Virus record (IMG/VR): IMGVR_UViG_3300031688_001339
Length of the DNA: 64,000 bases
Source: a virus
Direction: 5' to 3' (one strand)
Part shown: in pieces, positions 10,237-19,287 of the stretch
How positions within the stretch are numbered: position 1 is the stretch's first letter
Layout: the number at the start of each line of letters is the position of its first letter
Translations under genes and position numbers: made by a program
The notes under the pieces: model-generated
Told to the model about the DNA's origin: nothing
Database searches by the model: none
The model's input: the letters and a program-made list of their open reading frames with translations, nothing else

Positions 10237-11138
10237 TCATAGGTATCAAAGGACCTTTTAACAAAAACAATCATTATGTTTTTCCTACACATGAAGATTT
10301 TAAATTAATAGAATGGTCAGATAAAGATAATCATAAAGCAGACGCATATATTCAAACAAACATTAAAGGTAATATAAAAACTGTTAATGCCGACAAATAC
10401 AAATGGATATCGGCTCAATCAAAACCTATACTAGTTGTAGAACAAGCAACCTTTAGACAAAATTTAGATATACAAAAACCAGATTATTACTATAGAGTTG
10501 GTAAAGAATGTTATACTTACAATAAAGGTTATTTTAATAATAAGAACTGTCCTTCAGATAGATGGTTACAAATACAAAGAGAACAAAATATAGAAATAAA
10601 ACCTTGGAAGAAAAATGGTGATTATATTTTATTACTATTACAAAATCCGAAAGATACTAGTTTAAATGACCTTTGTAAATATGATAATGACTATGAAAAA
10701 TGGATAAGACATACTATTATGGAAATATCAAAGTATAGTGCTGAAGATATTATGATTAGAGTACACCCTAGATTTCCTTTAAAGTATTTAAGAACACTAT
10801 TAAAACTACCTGTAAGAAACACAATTCTTTTTAGTAAAAATGTTGGTCAAACATTTAATAAATCTAGTAGTAAAGACTTATATAAGGACCTAGATCATGC
10901 TAGAGTAGCCATTTCATATTCAAGTAATAGTTTGGTAGAAACAGTATGTGAGGGTGTTCCTACTATTACATTATCAAAAACATCACATGCTTGGCCAGTA
11001 TCTTCTCATAAACTAAATGTTTTAGAAGAAACAACAATGCCTACACACGATAGAACTCAATGGTTATACGATACGGCATATACACAATGGAAAATGGGTG
11101 AGATAAATACAGGTGAGGTACACAAAAGATTATTATGA
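10233..11138 (+). CDS. Capsule-biosynthesis (KpsS/KpsC)-like GT-B protein
   Basis: ILLLLQNP, IRVHP, SYSSNSLVETVCEGVP, AYTQW. Confidence 0.6.
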   Translation: MIIGIKGPFNKNNHYVFPTHEDFKLIEWSDKDNHKADAYIQTNIKGNIKTVNADKYKWISAQSKPILVVEQATFRQNLDIQKPDYYYRVGKECYTYNKGYFNNKNCPSDRWLQIQREQNIEIKPWKKNGDYILLLLQNPKDTSLNDLCKYDNDYEKWIRHTIMEISKYSAEDIMIRVHPRFPLKYLRTLLKLPVRNTILFSKNVGQTFNKSSSKDLYKDLDHARVAISYSSNSLVETVCEGVPTITLSKTSHAWPVSSHKLNVLEETTMPTHDRTQWLYDTAYTQWKMGEINTGEVHKRLL

Positions 11139-11968
11139 TTTATACACACAAAATGCAAAAGGTAGATTGTCTATCCCATGAGATTTGGCCTGCTATTGAA
11201 AAAGGTTGGAAACAAGAAAGTATATACGATACACATTTTTTCTGGGGATTAGGAGAATCAAATGTACAAAAGATCATAGAACTAGAAAAGAATAACATAG
11301 ATTGGTATTATGTTGATGTTGGTTATTTAACTGAACAAATTACAAGGTATCCTATACCTAAAATACATGATGTAGATAAGACTTACTTTAGAATTGTAAA
11401 AGGAAATATACACACGTTAACAGGATCAAAAAGAGGTGGTGCAGAGAGATTAAAAGATTTAGACAGTAAAGGTATCAATGCAACCTTTGATGGTTGGAAA
11501 CAAGGAGAAGGAGATCATATACTTGTATGTCCTTCTTCCGAAACAGTAACATACAAACACAATGGCACAACTCAAGGAGAGTGGATAGAATCTATAACAA
11601 AAGAGATAGAAAAATATACTACAAGAGAGATAAGAGTTAGACTTAAACCTAGACCTAGAAATGAATGGTGGAACAGAGACATAAAAGACGATCTAGATGA
11701 TTGTCACTGTCTAGTAACCAATATGAGTTTATCGGCTGTAGACGCAGTAATGAACGGTGTACCTGTAGTTACAGATGGTAGAAATGTTGCATGGCCAGTT
11801 TCAACAAGATTTATACAGTTTATAAATGACCCATTAAGACCTACAGATGATAATGTAAATGAGTGGTTAAAACTATTAGCAAACAATCAGTTTACTATAA
11901 AAGAAATGGCAGATGGTACAGCATACAAAGTAATGAGTAAACAATCAGATAAAATATTTGTAATATGA
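11135..11968 (+). CDS. Capsule-biosynthesis-like GT-B protein, paralogous to 10233..11138
   Basis: YVDVGY, ILVCPSS, VRLKP, VTNMSLSAVDAVMNGVP, NQFT. Confidence 0.6.
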   Translation: MIYTHKMQKVDCLSHEIWPAIEKGWKQESIYDTHFFWGLGESNVQKIIELEKNNIDWYYVDVGYLTEQITRYPIPKIHDVDKTYFRIVKGNIHTLTGSKRGGAERLKDLDSKGINATFDGWKQGEGDHILVCPSSETVTYKHNGTTQGEWIESITKEIEKYTTREIRVRLKPRPRNEWWNRDIKDDLDDCHCLVTNMSLSAVDAVMNGVPVVTDGRNVAWPVSTRFIQFINDPLRPTDDNVNEWLKLLANNQFTIKEMADGTAYKVMSKQSDKIFVI

Positions 11969-12732
11969 AAAAGATACTATTAGTTAGTGGTTGTAGTTTT
12001 ACTGATACTAATATGGTTTCAGTACAACACCCAGACTTGGATACATCATGGCCTAAATGGCCTGAACTAGTTGCAAAAGAACTAGATATGGATTGTGTAA
12101 ACTTAGCAAGTAGTGGTGCAGGTAATGAAAAAATTTATAGTAATATATCAGATTACCTAACTCAACCATATGCAGTTAGAAAAGGAATGACTTATCATAA
12201 ACCAGATATAGGTTTAGTAGTAGCTGCCTGGTCACAAGGTAATAGACGTGATTGGTCAGAAAGAAAATTAGTAACTCGTACACAAAAACAAGACAGCTGG
12301 ACAAATATGAATTTTGATGATAAAGGTGATCTTTACTATTGGCTTTTAAAATCTGTAAGATATCAATATGCATATCAAAATTTATGCAAACAACTTAAAT
12401 TACCATATGTACAATTTCAAATGATATCTTTATGGAGAGGATATGTATTTAATAAAATAAGTGATGATAGAGAAATTAAAAAACATTGGGAATCTGAAAT
12501 GAAAGAATGCCTGGTTTCTACAGGTTACAATGAGTTGATGAATAGTAATTTTTTAGGTTGGCCAGGTGATGTAATAAGTAACACATATTGGAATCAAAAA
12601 TCATGGACATTAAAGGATTGTTTAGAAAAACAAGATAAAATATCAGATGAAGATGTACACCCTAACAAACAAGGTCACGAAAAATTAGCAACTGAATTTT
12701 TAAAACATTTACATGAAAATAAGATATTATAG
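11965..12732 (+). CDS. SGNH/GDSL-like hydrolase or acyltransferase
   Basis: GCSFT, NLASSGAGN, DVHPNKQGH. Confidence 0.65.
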   Translation: MKKILLVSGCSFTDTNMVSVQHPDLDTSWPKWPELVAKELDMDCVNLASSGAGNEKIYSNISDYLTQPYAVRKGMTYHKPDIGLVVAAWSQGNRRDWSERKLVTRTQKQDSWTNMNFDDKGDLYYWLLKSVRYQYAYQNLCKQLKLPYVQFQMISLWRGYVFNKISDDREIKKHWESEMKECLVSTGYNELMNSNFLGWPGDVISNTYWNQKSWTLKDCLEKQDKISDEDVHPNKQGHEKLATEFLKHLHENKIL

Positions 12733-13433
12733 TGGTTAATGTAGTTTGTGTATATTGGGGAAACAAGTATAGTCCTGACTATGTAAGTAAACTATATAAT
12801 ATGGTAAAAAGAAACCTTTCTATACCATTTAACTTTATAGTTTACACCGATCACCCTTCACAGAACTTTGCTCACGAAACATTTGATTTTAGGAATAACC
12901 AGATACCAAATTACCAGACTAGAAGACTGCCTTTTACGAATTACGATGGGTGGTGGAACAAACTAACACTATTCAGTCCAGAGGCTGACTTAAAAGGTAA
13001 TTGTTTATACTTTGATTTAGATGTAGTGATACTAGATAACATAGATGAACTAGCAACATTTGGTGATGATGATACCTTTGGTGTTATTAATGATTTCAAT
13101 CCTAATAGCACTGTATACAATTCAAGTATAATGAAATTCAACAACAAAACAGCAGATTACGTATGGAAGTCATTTAAAGAAGATGAAAACAATATGTTAA
13201 GAAACCATGGTGATCAAAATGTAATAAGTTATTTTATGAAGAAAACATCATATATCAAGGTAATGCCAGATGAGTGGTCTTTCTCATATAAATGGTACGA
13301 TAGAGTTAATCCAAGAATTGATAAATCGCAGATGACCTTTGATAAAAGACCTAATACCAAGGTATGTGTATTCCATGGCCAACCTAATCCACACGAATCA
13401 TCGCAAGAATGGGTGCTTTCCAACTGGAAATAG
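12732..13433 (+). CDS. Putative glycosyltransferase (GT-A)
   Basis: VCVYWGNKY, WWNKLTLF, YFDLDVV, NSSIM, GDQ, FHGQPNP. Confidence 0.8.
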   Translation: MVNVVCVYWGNKYSPDYVSKLYNMVKRNLSIPFNFIVYTDHPSQNFAHETFDFRNNQIPNYQTRRLPFTNYDGWWNKLTLFSPEADLKGNCLYFDLDVVILDNIDELATFGDDDTFGVINDFNPNSTVYNSSIMKFNNKTADYVWKSFKEDENNMLRNHGDQNVISYFMKKTSYIKVMPDEWSFSYKWYDRVNPRIDKSQMTFDKRPNTKVCVFHGQPNPHESSQEWVLSNWK

Positions 13434-13447
13434 AACAATACCAGAAC
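13433..13447 (+). promoter_or_regulatory. Alphaproteobacterial LexA (SOS) box
   Basis: GAAC-aatacca-GAAC, about 44 nt upstream of the -35 at 13491. Confidence 0.55.
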
Positions 13448-13490
13448 ACTCTACGCCAATAACCCTTATCCCACAACAAAAAAATAACGC

Positions 13491-13601
13491 TTGACTTCCT
13501 TGGTCAGTATGATAGGATAATGATATGAAAACAAAAAAGATGGTAATAAAAACAAACACTACAAAAGACTTGTTGCCAAACGTATCTTTTTATGATAGGA
13601 T
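13491..13601 (+). promoter_or_regulatory. Tandem sigma70-type early promoters
   Basis: TTGACT-16-TAGGAT (13491-13518) and TTGCCA-17-TAGGAT (13573-13601), both with an extended TG. Confidence 0.75.
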
Positions 13602-13634
13602 TAATAATATAAACACTAACAAAGGAAAAACACT

Positions 13635-13823
13635 ATGTCAAAAATAAAACAATACATTGAAACTTCAGTAGAAAATGCTGTTGATCAAATTATCAAAAAT
13701 CTAAAAGAAGACTTAATAGACTTTGATACTTGTAAAATGAAAATATTAAAATTAGACAACTTATCAATGGTTGGTATTGATTCAGATAATGTTGAAGAAG
13801 TGATAACACAGGAGATCCAATAA
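13635..13823 (+). CDS. Small early hypothetical protein
   Basis: ORF with AAAGGA RBS right after the tandem promoters. Confidence 0.7.
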   Translation: MSKIKQYIETSVENAVDQIIKNLKEDLIDFDTCKMKILKLDNLSMVGIDSDNVEEVITQEIQ

Positions 13824-14065
13824 TGATTACAATAAACGATTTAAATAATTTATCAATCACTCAATTGCAAGATACAAAAGTGTTGATTGATACAATTGTA
13901 CAAAACAAGATCAAAAGAGAATTTAAAATTGGTATGCAAGTTAACGTAGTACAAAAGACTAAAAAAACTCTTGGTGTTGTTACAAAGATAATGTCTACAA
14001 AATGTTTAGTTGACCTAAACGGTAGAATTTATAGAGTATCAATGAGTATGTTGGAGGCAGCTTAA
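13823..14065 (+). CDS. Small hypothetical protein (SH3/KOW-like C-terminus)
   Basis: FKIGMQVNV..GVVTKI..CLVDL; translationally coupled. Confidence 0.6.
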   Translation: MITINDLNNLSITQLQDTKVLIDTIVQNKIKREFKIGMQVNVVQKTKKTLGVVTKIMSTKCLVDLNGRIYRVSMSMLEAA

Positions 14066-14469
14066 TGTTAAACAAGAATAATACAATTCATTTAGTTTAT
14101 GGTAGAGAATACCAAGATAGTGATGACGGTGGAGATTTCTTCTTCTCATATTCAACTATCTTTAGAAACGTATCTATGAAACATGTTAATACACTAATGA
14201 AGTTTAAAGATAAGATTAAAAAATATTGTGATAAAAATTACGATGAATCAGCAACCAACTTTGTTGGTGGTACCAAAGTTAAGATAATGCATGGTAATGA
14301 TTACTATACAACTTATGAAGAAGCGTTTGGTGAGATTGCTACAGGTGATAATTCATTGTTTAATGATTATGGTCAATTATATAATGGCAGACAATTCTTT
14401 AAAAAAGATTATGCACCAGAGATTACAGAATCATTTAATCATAAAAATTTAAATAGGAGAGCAAGTTAA
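14065..14469 (+). CDS. Hypothetical protein
   Basis: Coupled ORF, 134 aa. Confidence 0.65.
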   Translation: MLNKNNTIHLVYGREYQDSDDGGDFFFSYSTIFRNVSMKHVNTLMKFKDKIKKYCDKNYDESATNFVGGTKVKIMHGNDYYTTYEEAFGEIATGDNSLFNDYGQLYNGRQFFKKDYAPEITESFNHKNLNRRAS

Positions 14470-14816
14470 TGAAATACGGTGAAGATAAGATAGTAAAAGA
14501 AATAGGAGATTATATTAGTTCAACTTATGGCCAACACTATAGTACAACTAAAGATGGTTTTCAAGTACAAGATATGTTAAGACAATTAAAGATTGATAAA
14601 GATTTCTGCCAGGCTAATGCAATTAAATATCTTTGTAGATATGGTAAGAAAGATGGTAAGAATAGAAAAGATTTATTAAAGGCAATACACTACATAGTTT
14701 TATTAATGAGTAGTGAGGACGCTAAAGATGAAGAATGGTCAGTAGATGGTTTTTTAGAATCAGATACTAAAGTTGAACAAATGGCTAAACTTAAAGACCC
14801 AATATCGCCAGTATAA
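14469..14816 (+). CDS. DUF3310-like (SaV-like) phage protein
   Basis: HY...FCQANAIKYLCRYGKKDG..DLLKAIHY. Confidence 0.8.
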   Translation: MKYGEDKIVKEIGDYISSTYGQHYSTTKDGFQVQDMLRQLKIDKDFCQANAIKYLCRYGKKDGKNRKDLLKAIHYIVLLMSSEDAKDEEWSVDGFLESDTKVEQMAKLKDPISPV

Positions 14817-14833
14817 TTAAAAGGAGAACACTA

Positions 14834-15226
14834 ATGACAATAGATACAAATGTAATGGTAATGAAAGAAGATTTAGGTAAAAATCTTTATAGAAAAAAGA
14901 CCTATTACACACTTTGCATAGAGCAAGATGTGTTGGCAGATAATAAAGAAGCTGCTGAAAATAAACTTGGCGACAATGGTATAGACCACTCTCAAATAAA
15001 CCATGAGATCACTGAACAAAAAGACGGCGTTGAAACATATATGGTTGACGCTAACTATAGTGAATCAGGAGATATTGAGTATGTTGGTAAAGTATCATAT
15101 ACAGATGATGAGTATGCTGAAGAAAACGGAGACGTTGAGGTTAACTCAATGGCAGACGAAGTGTACATACCAGATGAGGTTGACACAATGATTAATATTA
15201 ACGCTGAAGAAATGAGAGGTAAATAA
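14834..15226 (+). CDS. Acidic hypothetical protein
   Basis: AAGGAG RBS, 130 aa. Confidence 0.7.
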   Translation: MTIDTNVMVMKEDLGKNLYRKKTYYTLCIEQDVLADNKEAAENKLGDNGIDHSQINHEITEQKDGVETYMVDANYSESGDIEYVGKVSYTDDEYAEENGDVEVNSMADEVYIPDEVDTMININAEEMRGK

Positions 15227-15227
15227 T

Positions 15228-15443
15228 ATGGCAATACACGACTTATTCAGACCACTTAACGACCTAAAAGAGATTAAGGTATCGTTAGGTGAAGGAACTG
15301 ATTCAACCACTATGGATTTGATTGATGAAAAGATCAAAGAGTATGAAACTGATATAGAAGCAGTTGACAAATACTTGAATAGTGAAGAATACAAAAAAGA
15401 CAATGGTTTACCAATGGGATCGTTCAATTTTCATGGTGAATAG
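15228..15443 (+). CDS. Hypothetical protein
   Basis: ORF with GAGGT RBS. Confidence 0.65.
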   Translation: MAIHDLFRPLNDLKEIKVSLGEGTDSTTMDLIDEKIKEYETDIEAVDKYLNSEEYKKDNGLPMGSFNFHGE

Positions 15444-15522
15444 AGTACGAATCATTGATTTTAAGGCGTCCGGGACTGTCCTAGACGCAGGAAAGTCAAT
15501 GTTTATCACGCTTTTTAATGGC

Positions 15523-15551
15523 TTGACTTTTAAGAAGAACTGTGGTAGGAT
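15523..15551 (+). promoter_or_regulatory. Sigma70-type early promoter
   Basis: TTGACT-17-TAGGAT with an extended TG. Confidence 0.75.
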
Positions 15552-15584
15552 AAAGACTATTAACATAACAAAAGGATATACTAT

Positions 15585-15923
15585 ATGAGTGCAACTTTCA
15601 GATACGACAAAGAAAACTTATACAAAGAGTTTGCAGACGCAAAAGTAAAAGACGTTAAACTGTCTAAACTTGAAACACTAGATGAACAAGAAAATGACTA
15701 CTTTACTAACAGACTTAAATTCTGTGTAGAACATAAAGAGTTGAAGAAGTCTAACCCTCATTATTATGAGAACGTTAGTGTTAACTTTGACGCTTTAGAA
15801 AATGCATATAGAACTGTCAATCCGAGAGATACTTTTTATCAAATCGGTTTCGGTATGACTTATGCAATGAAGAAATCACTAGAGTCACAAGAACTTGAAA
15901 TTAACATTAACAAAGAAGAATAG
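15585..15923 (+). CDS. Hypothetical protein
   Basis: AAAAGGA RBS downstream of the promoter. Confidence 0.7.
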   Translation: MSATFRYDKENLYKEFADAKVKDVKLSKLETLDEQENDYFTNRLKFCVEHKELKKSNPHYYENVSVNFDALENAYRTVNPRDTFYQIGFGMTYAMKKSLESQELEININKEE

Positions 15924-16186
15924 TGAAAAAAATTAGAGAGAGATACAGACCTGTGAATCTAAAGTTAATCAACGGTGTAAAGACTATGCCTGATTATACT
16001 TTAGATATCAATGGTCAGAAAATGAACTCTCTACCAACAAGTGATAATATTTCAGGCAGTACTCGTAAACGTAGTTTACCAAAAGTTACATTGCCTGCTG
16101 GTAAAACAATAGGGATCGGTTACAATAAGGGAACATATCAGGTTGTAGATTCTTCCGATTTCAAAACTATGGGACGTAAAATATGA
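15923..16186 (+). CDS. Conserved phage hypothetical protein
   Basis: GYNKGTYQVV motif; coupled. Confidence 0.65.
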   Translation: MKKIRERYRPVNLKLINGVKTMPDYTLDINGQKMNSLPTSDNISGSTRKRSLPKVTLPAGKTIGIGYNKGTYQVVDSSDFKTMGRKI

Positions 16187-16389
16187 AAACTATGATGATG
16201 TTAACCATTGCTGTCTTAATGACAATGACAATGGCTAAAAGTGAAGATGTTGCAACTAAAGTTACAAATCATTTGTCTAACGAAATTGTAAAGACAAAAG
16301 AATACCAAGCTAAGAGTTGGGCAGAGGGCAAAGAGCAGTTAAGTAATACTATTAACAAAATTAAATTGTTATTTGCTAAGAAACAATAA
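16183..16389 (+). CDS. Small secreted protein
   Basis: Signal-peptide-like N-terminus. Confidence 0.6.
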   Translation: MKTMMMLTIAVLMTMTMAKSEDVATKVTNHLSNEIVKTKEYQAKSWAEGKEQLSNTINKIKLLFAKKQ

Positions 16390-16872
16390 ATGATGAGACT
16401 TATACTTATAATTTTAGTCGGGTTAACCCTAACAAATTGTGCCAACACGAATAGATCGCAAGTTGGTGCTGTGTTAGGTTCAACCACAACCACTGGTGCA
16501 TGTATAAACCTTGGTGTGCAAGACCCATATATGATAGCCGGTTGTGCTGTTGTTGGTGCCTTTGCTGGTGCAGAAATTATGTATAATTCAGATTACGATG
16601 TACACAATGCTGTATTCGTAGATCATTTAAATAATGGTCCTAGTGGTTCATCTTACACAAATTGGTACAATAAAAAAACAGGCAATTCAGGTATTATAAA
16701 AGTTACTAAATCATACCTAGAGGGTCCTTTTAAGTGTAAAGATTATGACGCCACTGTAGATATAACAAGTCAATGGCCACTAATTGGTGTTGGTGGTGTT
16801 AACCGTTCGGTTGTCTTTGGTACTACTTGTCAGTTACCAGATGGTCGTTGGGTAGAAATGGTGAGTAAATAA
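16390..16872 (+). CDS. 17-kDa surface antigen (RT0821/Lpp0805)-like lipoprotein
   Basis: Lipobox LTNC, glycine zipper, W.N..TGNSG and C..PDGRW. Confidence 0.8.
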   Translation: MMRLILIILVGLTLTNCANTNRSQVGAVLGSTTTTGACINLGVQDPYMIAGCAVVGAFAGAEIMYNSDYDVHNAVFVDHLNNGPSGSSYTNWYNKKTGNSGIIKVTKSYLEGPFKCKDYDATVDITSQWPLIGVGGVNRSVVFGTTCQLPDGRWVEMVSK

Positions 16873-16873
16873 T

Positions 16874-17062
16874 ATGATACATAGAATAAGTGATCTTTGT
16901 AAAAAGATTGATGGAATAAAAAAAGTGAGTGATAGATTATATGATACAAAATACAATCAACCTAAAACTCCTGAAAGAGACGCTGAAGTGAATGCAATGA
17001 TAGAAGATGTACAACTACAGTGTAAATTAGTTTCTAATGATAAGGGTAAATATGAGCGATAA
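16874..17062 (+). CDS. Hypothetical protein
   Basis: Tightly packed ORF. Confidence 0.6.
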   Translation: MIHRISDLCKKIDGIKKVSDRLYDTKYNQPKTPERDAEVNAMIEDVQLQCKLVSNDKGKYER

Positions 17063-17210
17063 TCCTACAGTGAATAGATTAAGAGAAGAAAAGAAACAAA
17101 TTATAGAACAAATGGATCATTATCAAGGTAGAGACGAAACAAAAGTACACCAACTTGAAGATGAACTTTTTGAAGTTAATGATACGTTAAAGAAATTAAA
17201 GGTACAATGA
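17052..17210 (+). CDS. Small coiled-coil protein (52 aa, not in ORF track)
   Basis: MSDNPTVNRLREEKK...LKVQ; fills the gap, ATGA overlap with the next gene. Confidence 0.6.
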   Translation: MSDNPTVNRLREEKKQIIEQMDHYQGRDETKVHQLEDELFEVNDTLKKLKVQ

Positions 17211-17686
17211 ATAAATTTTTAGTAATATTAATGATACTTACAGTAAGTGCCAAAGCAGACCATGATCATGGTGAGAATGGTGATCTATCTGGTCTAGTTG
17301 TGCCTGTAAAAAATGTTGAGGTATCAGATACCGTTAATAAGACTATTGAAGTATTAGACAAAATTGAAAGAGTTGAGAAAGAAAAAGACAAAGTTTATTA
17401 TAACAAGATCACTACAATAGAACCAAAAAATGCAGCTGATCAATATTGTTATGTCAAAATTACTATCAAAACAACCGACAATACAGTTGAAAAACAAGAG
17501 ACGTTGGAGTGTGCTGATGGTAGAAAAAAAGTAGACGGCCCAAGTTATTGGGAACTGTTTGCTCAGTTTTACTATAGAGATATATCTGCTCCAGAGTACT
17601 GTAGAGTCTATAGTAGACCAAAACACGTGTTTAAGTCGTTCGGAAAGACGTGTCTTAACAAGGACGGTGAATGGAAGGTACAATAA
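17207..17686 (+). CDS. Secreted protein with a 17-kDa-antigen-like C-terminus
   Basis: Signal peptide; YCRVY...TCLNKDGEW. Confidence 0.6.
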   Translation: MNKFLVILMILTVSAKADHDHGENGDLSGLVVPVKNVEVSDTVNKTIEVLDKIERVEKEKDKVYYNKITTIEPKNAADQYCYVKITIKTTDNTVEKQETLECADGRKKVDGPSYWELFAQFYYRDISAPEYCRVYSRPKHVFKSFGKTCLNKDGEWKVQ

Positions 17687-17687
17687 T

Positions 17688-17834
17688 ATGATTAAAAATC
17701 TAATCATACTATCACTTTTATTTGTAATAATCACTGGATTGTCTGGAAGTGAGTTCCTGGACTATATTCAAATAGGACTTGACAAAGCAGGTCAATTAGT
17801 GTATTATATAAAAAGTGAGGTAAATAATATATGA
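17688..17834 (+). CDS. Small membrane protein
   Basis: MIKNLIILSLLFVIITG; likely true start of track ORF 17559..17834. Confidence 0.55.
   Translation: MIKNLIILSLLFVIITGLSGSEFLDYIQIGLDKAGQLVYYIKSEVNNI
17779..17807 (+). promoter_or_regulatory. Sigma70-type promoter
   Basis: TTGACA-17-TATTAT. Confidence 0.65.
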
Positions 17835-18454
17835 TGAAAAACAAAGTAAGTAAACTTATTGGAATTGCAGTAGCAGGCCTATTAATGGCTAACTGTTCGG
17901 CAACTTACAATATGAAGTCCGAGAAAGGCAAAGTCCTTAATGAAGTGCCAAAGTGGTACATGGCTGACTTTAAAGAAAGTAAAGCATGTGATACACCTAA
18001 ATTTGGTAAAGACAAAGATAAAATGTGTATCTTTGGTGTTGGTACTGCCGTATCACCAGACCTTAATCTAGCAATAGAAAAAGGTATGATGATTGCGAAA
18101 GCAGAATTAGCCGACATTATCAAAGGCGAAATGAATAAGTCTAGTAAGCAGTTTATTACTGAACTAGGAAAGAATAATAACAAAACAACTGTATCAGAGG
18201 TTGAGTCTACAATAGTAAACTTAATCAAAGAGACACCTGTTAGAGGTTATGAAATCTTTGCTAAAGATGTAACTATAACTAAAAATGGATACTACAGAGC
18301 TTGGATTGGTTTAAGATTACCAATGGGCGAATACAATAAAATGTATAACTTCACAATTGAAGAAGCTGTGGATTCATATAATGTTAAGAAAAAAGCAAAC
18401 ATTGCTTATGATAACTTAATGAAAACAGAAAATGAAAATAGTAATATACAGTAA
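17831..18454 (+). CDS. LPP20-like lipoprotein
   Basis: Lipobox MANC, VPKWY, GVGTAVS..LA..K...AKAELA. Confidence 0.7.
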   Translation: MMKNKVSKLIGIAVAGLLMANCSATYNMKSEKGKVLNEVPKWYMADFKESKACDTPKFGKDKDKMCIFGVGTAVSPDLNLAIEKGMMIAKAELADIIKGEMNKSSKQFITELGKNNNKTTVSEVESTIVNLIKETPVRGYEIFAKDVTITKNGYYRAWIGLRLPMGEYNKMYNFTIEEAVDSYNVKKKANIAYDNLMKTENENSNIQ

Positions 18455-18692
18455 AAATAACTGTCAATTCTGTACCAAGGCCAAAGAACTTGTAAAGAAT
18501 CTTGGCCTTGAATACGAAGAACGTAAGATGGAAGACTTTGCGTCTTTAGATGTTATGTTAGAGGACATTGGTAAAAAAGTTAAATCAATGCCACAAGTTA
18601 AAATAGATGATGAACTAGTCGGTGGATATAATCAACTACTAGAGTTTTTTGTAGAAGAAGGCAAGATTAATTTTGAGGGTAAGGTTTTATAG
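18432..18692 (+). CDS. Glutaredoxin
   Basis: YSKNNCQFC, MPQV, VGGY. Confidence 0.92.
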   Translation: MKIVIYSKNNCQFCTKAKELVKNLGLEYEERKMEDFASLDVMLEDIGKKVKSMPQVKIDDELVGGYNQLLEFFVEEGKINFEGKVL

Positions 18693-19204
18693 TGGTAGAT
18701 GAAAAAGATAATATTATACAGTTTCCTACTAATAAGATTGTAAGATATAAAGGTGGTACAAGTGAACCTACTCCAGACTTTGTAAAGAAACAATCTGAAG
18801 CTAATGATAAAATTAAACATGCTCAGACGAAAGCATTTGTTGAATCGTCTGTAGATAATATAGTTATGAATTTAATAAACAGTTTTTTAGACATTGCAAT
18901 CAAAACAGATAAGATTAACTTTACAAAAGACTTAGCAATGGTGGTTGACTCATTAAGAGGTTTAATATACAGAGACTTTGGTATGAAACATACATCACAC
19001 TCTCTTATAGATAAAATAGTACAAGTAAAACAAATGAAAAATGGCCACAGATCAGCAACAATTGATTACAGTAGAGTTATGGAAACACTTAAACCTACAA
19101 GACCATTTAATAAAGAAATTAAAGAAGAACTAGATGATCTAACAAATGGTGCCGGCACTTTCTTTGAAAGTGATGAGGACCTTGGTAACGATGATGACAA
19201 ATAG
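18692..19204 (+). CDS. Hypothetical protein
   Basis: NIIQFP N-terminus, acidic tail. Confidence 0.7.
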   Translation: MVDEKDNIIQFPTNKIVRYKGGTSEPTPDFVKKQSEANDKIKHAQTKAFVESSVDNIVMNLINSFLDIAIKTDKINFTKDLAMVVDSLRGLIYRDFGMKHTSHSLIDKIVQVKQMKNGHRSATIDYSRVMETLKPTRPFNKEIKEELDDLTNGAGTFFESDEDLGNDDDK

Positions 19205-19287
19205 TCTTTCTAACAAAATTACTCCGGTAATCGCCTCAGCAGGTTGTAAAATAGCATTTAATAACAACAAAAGGAGAGTTAAACAAA

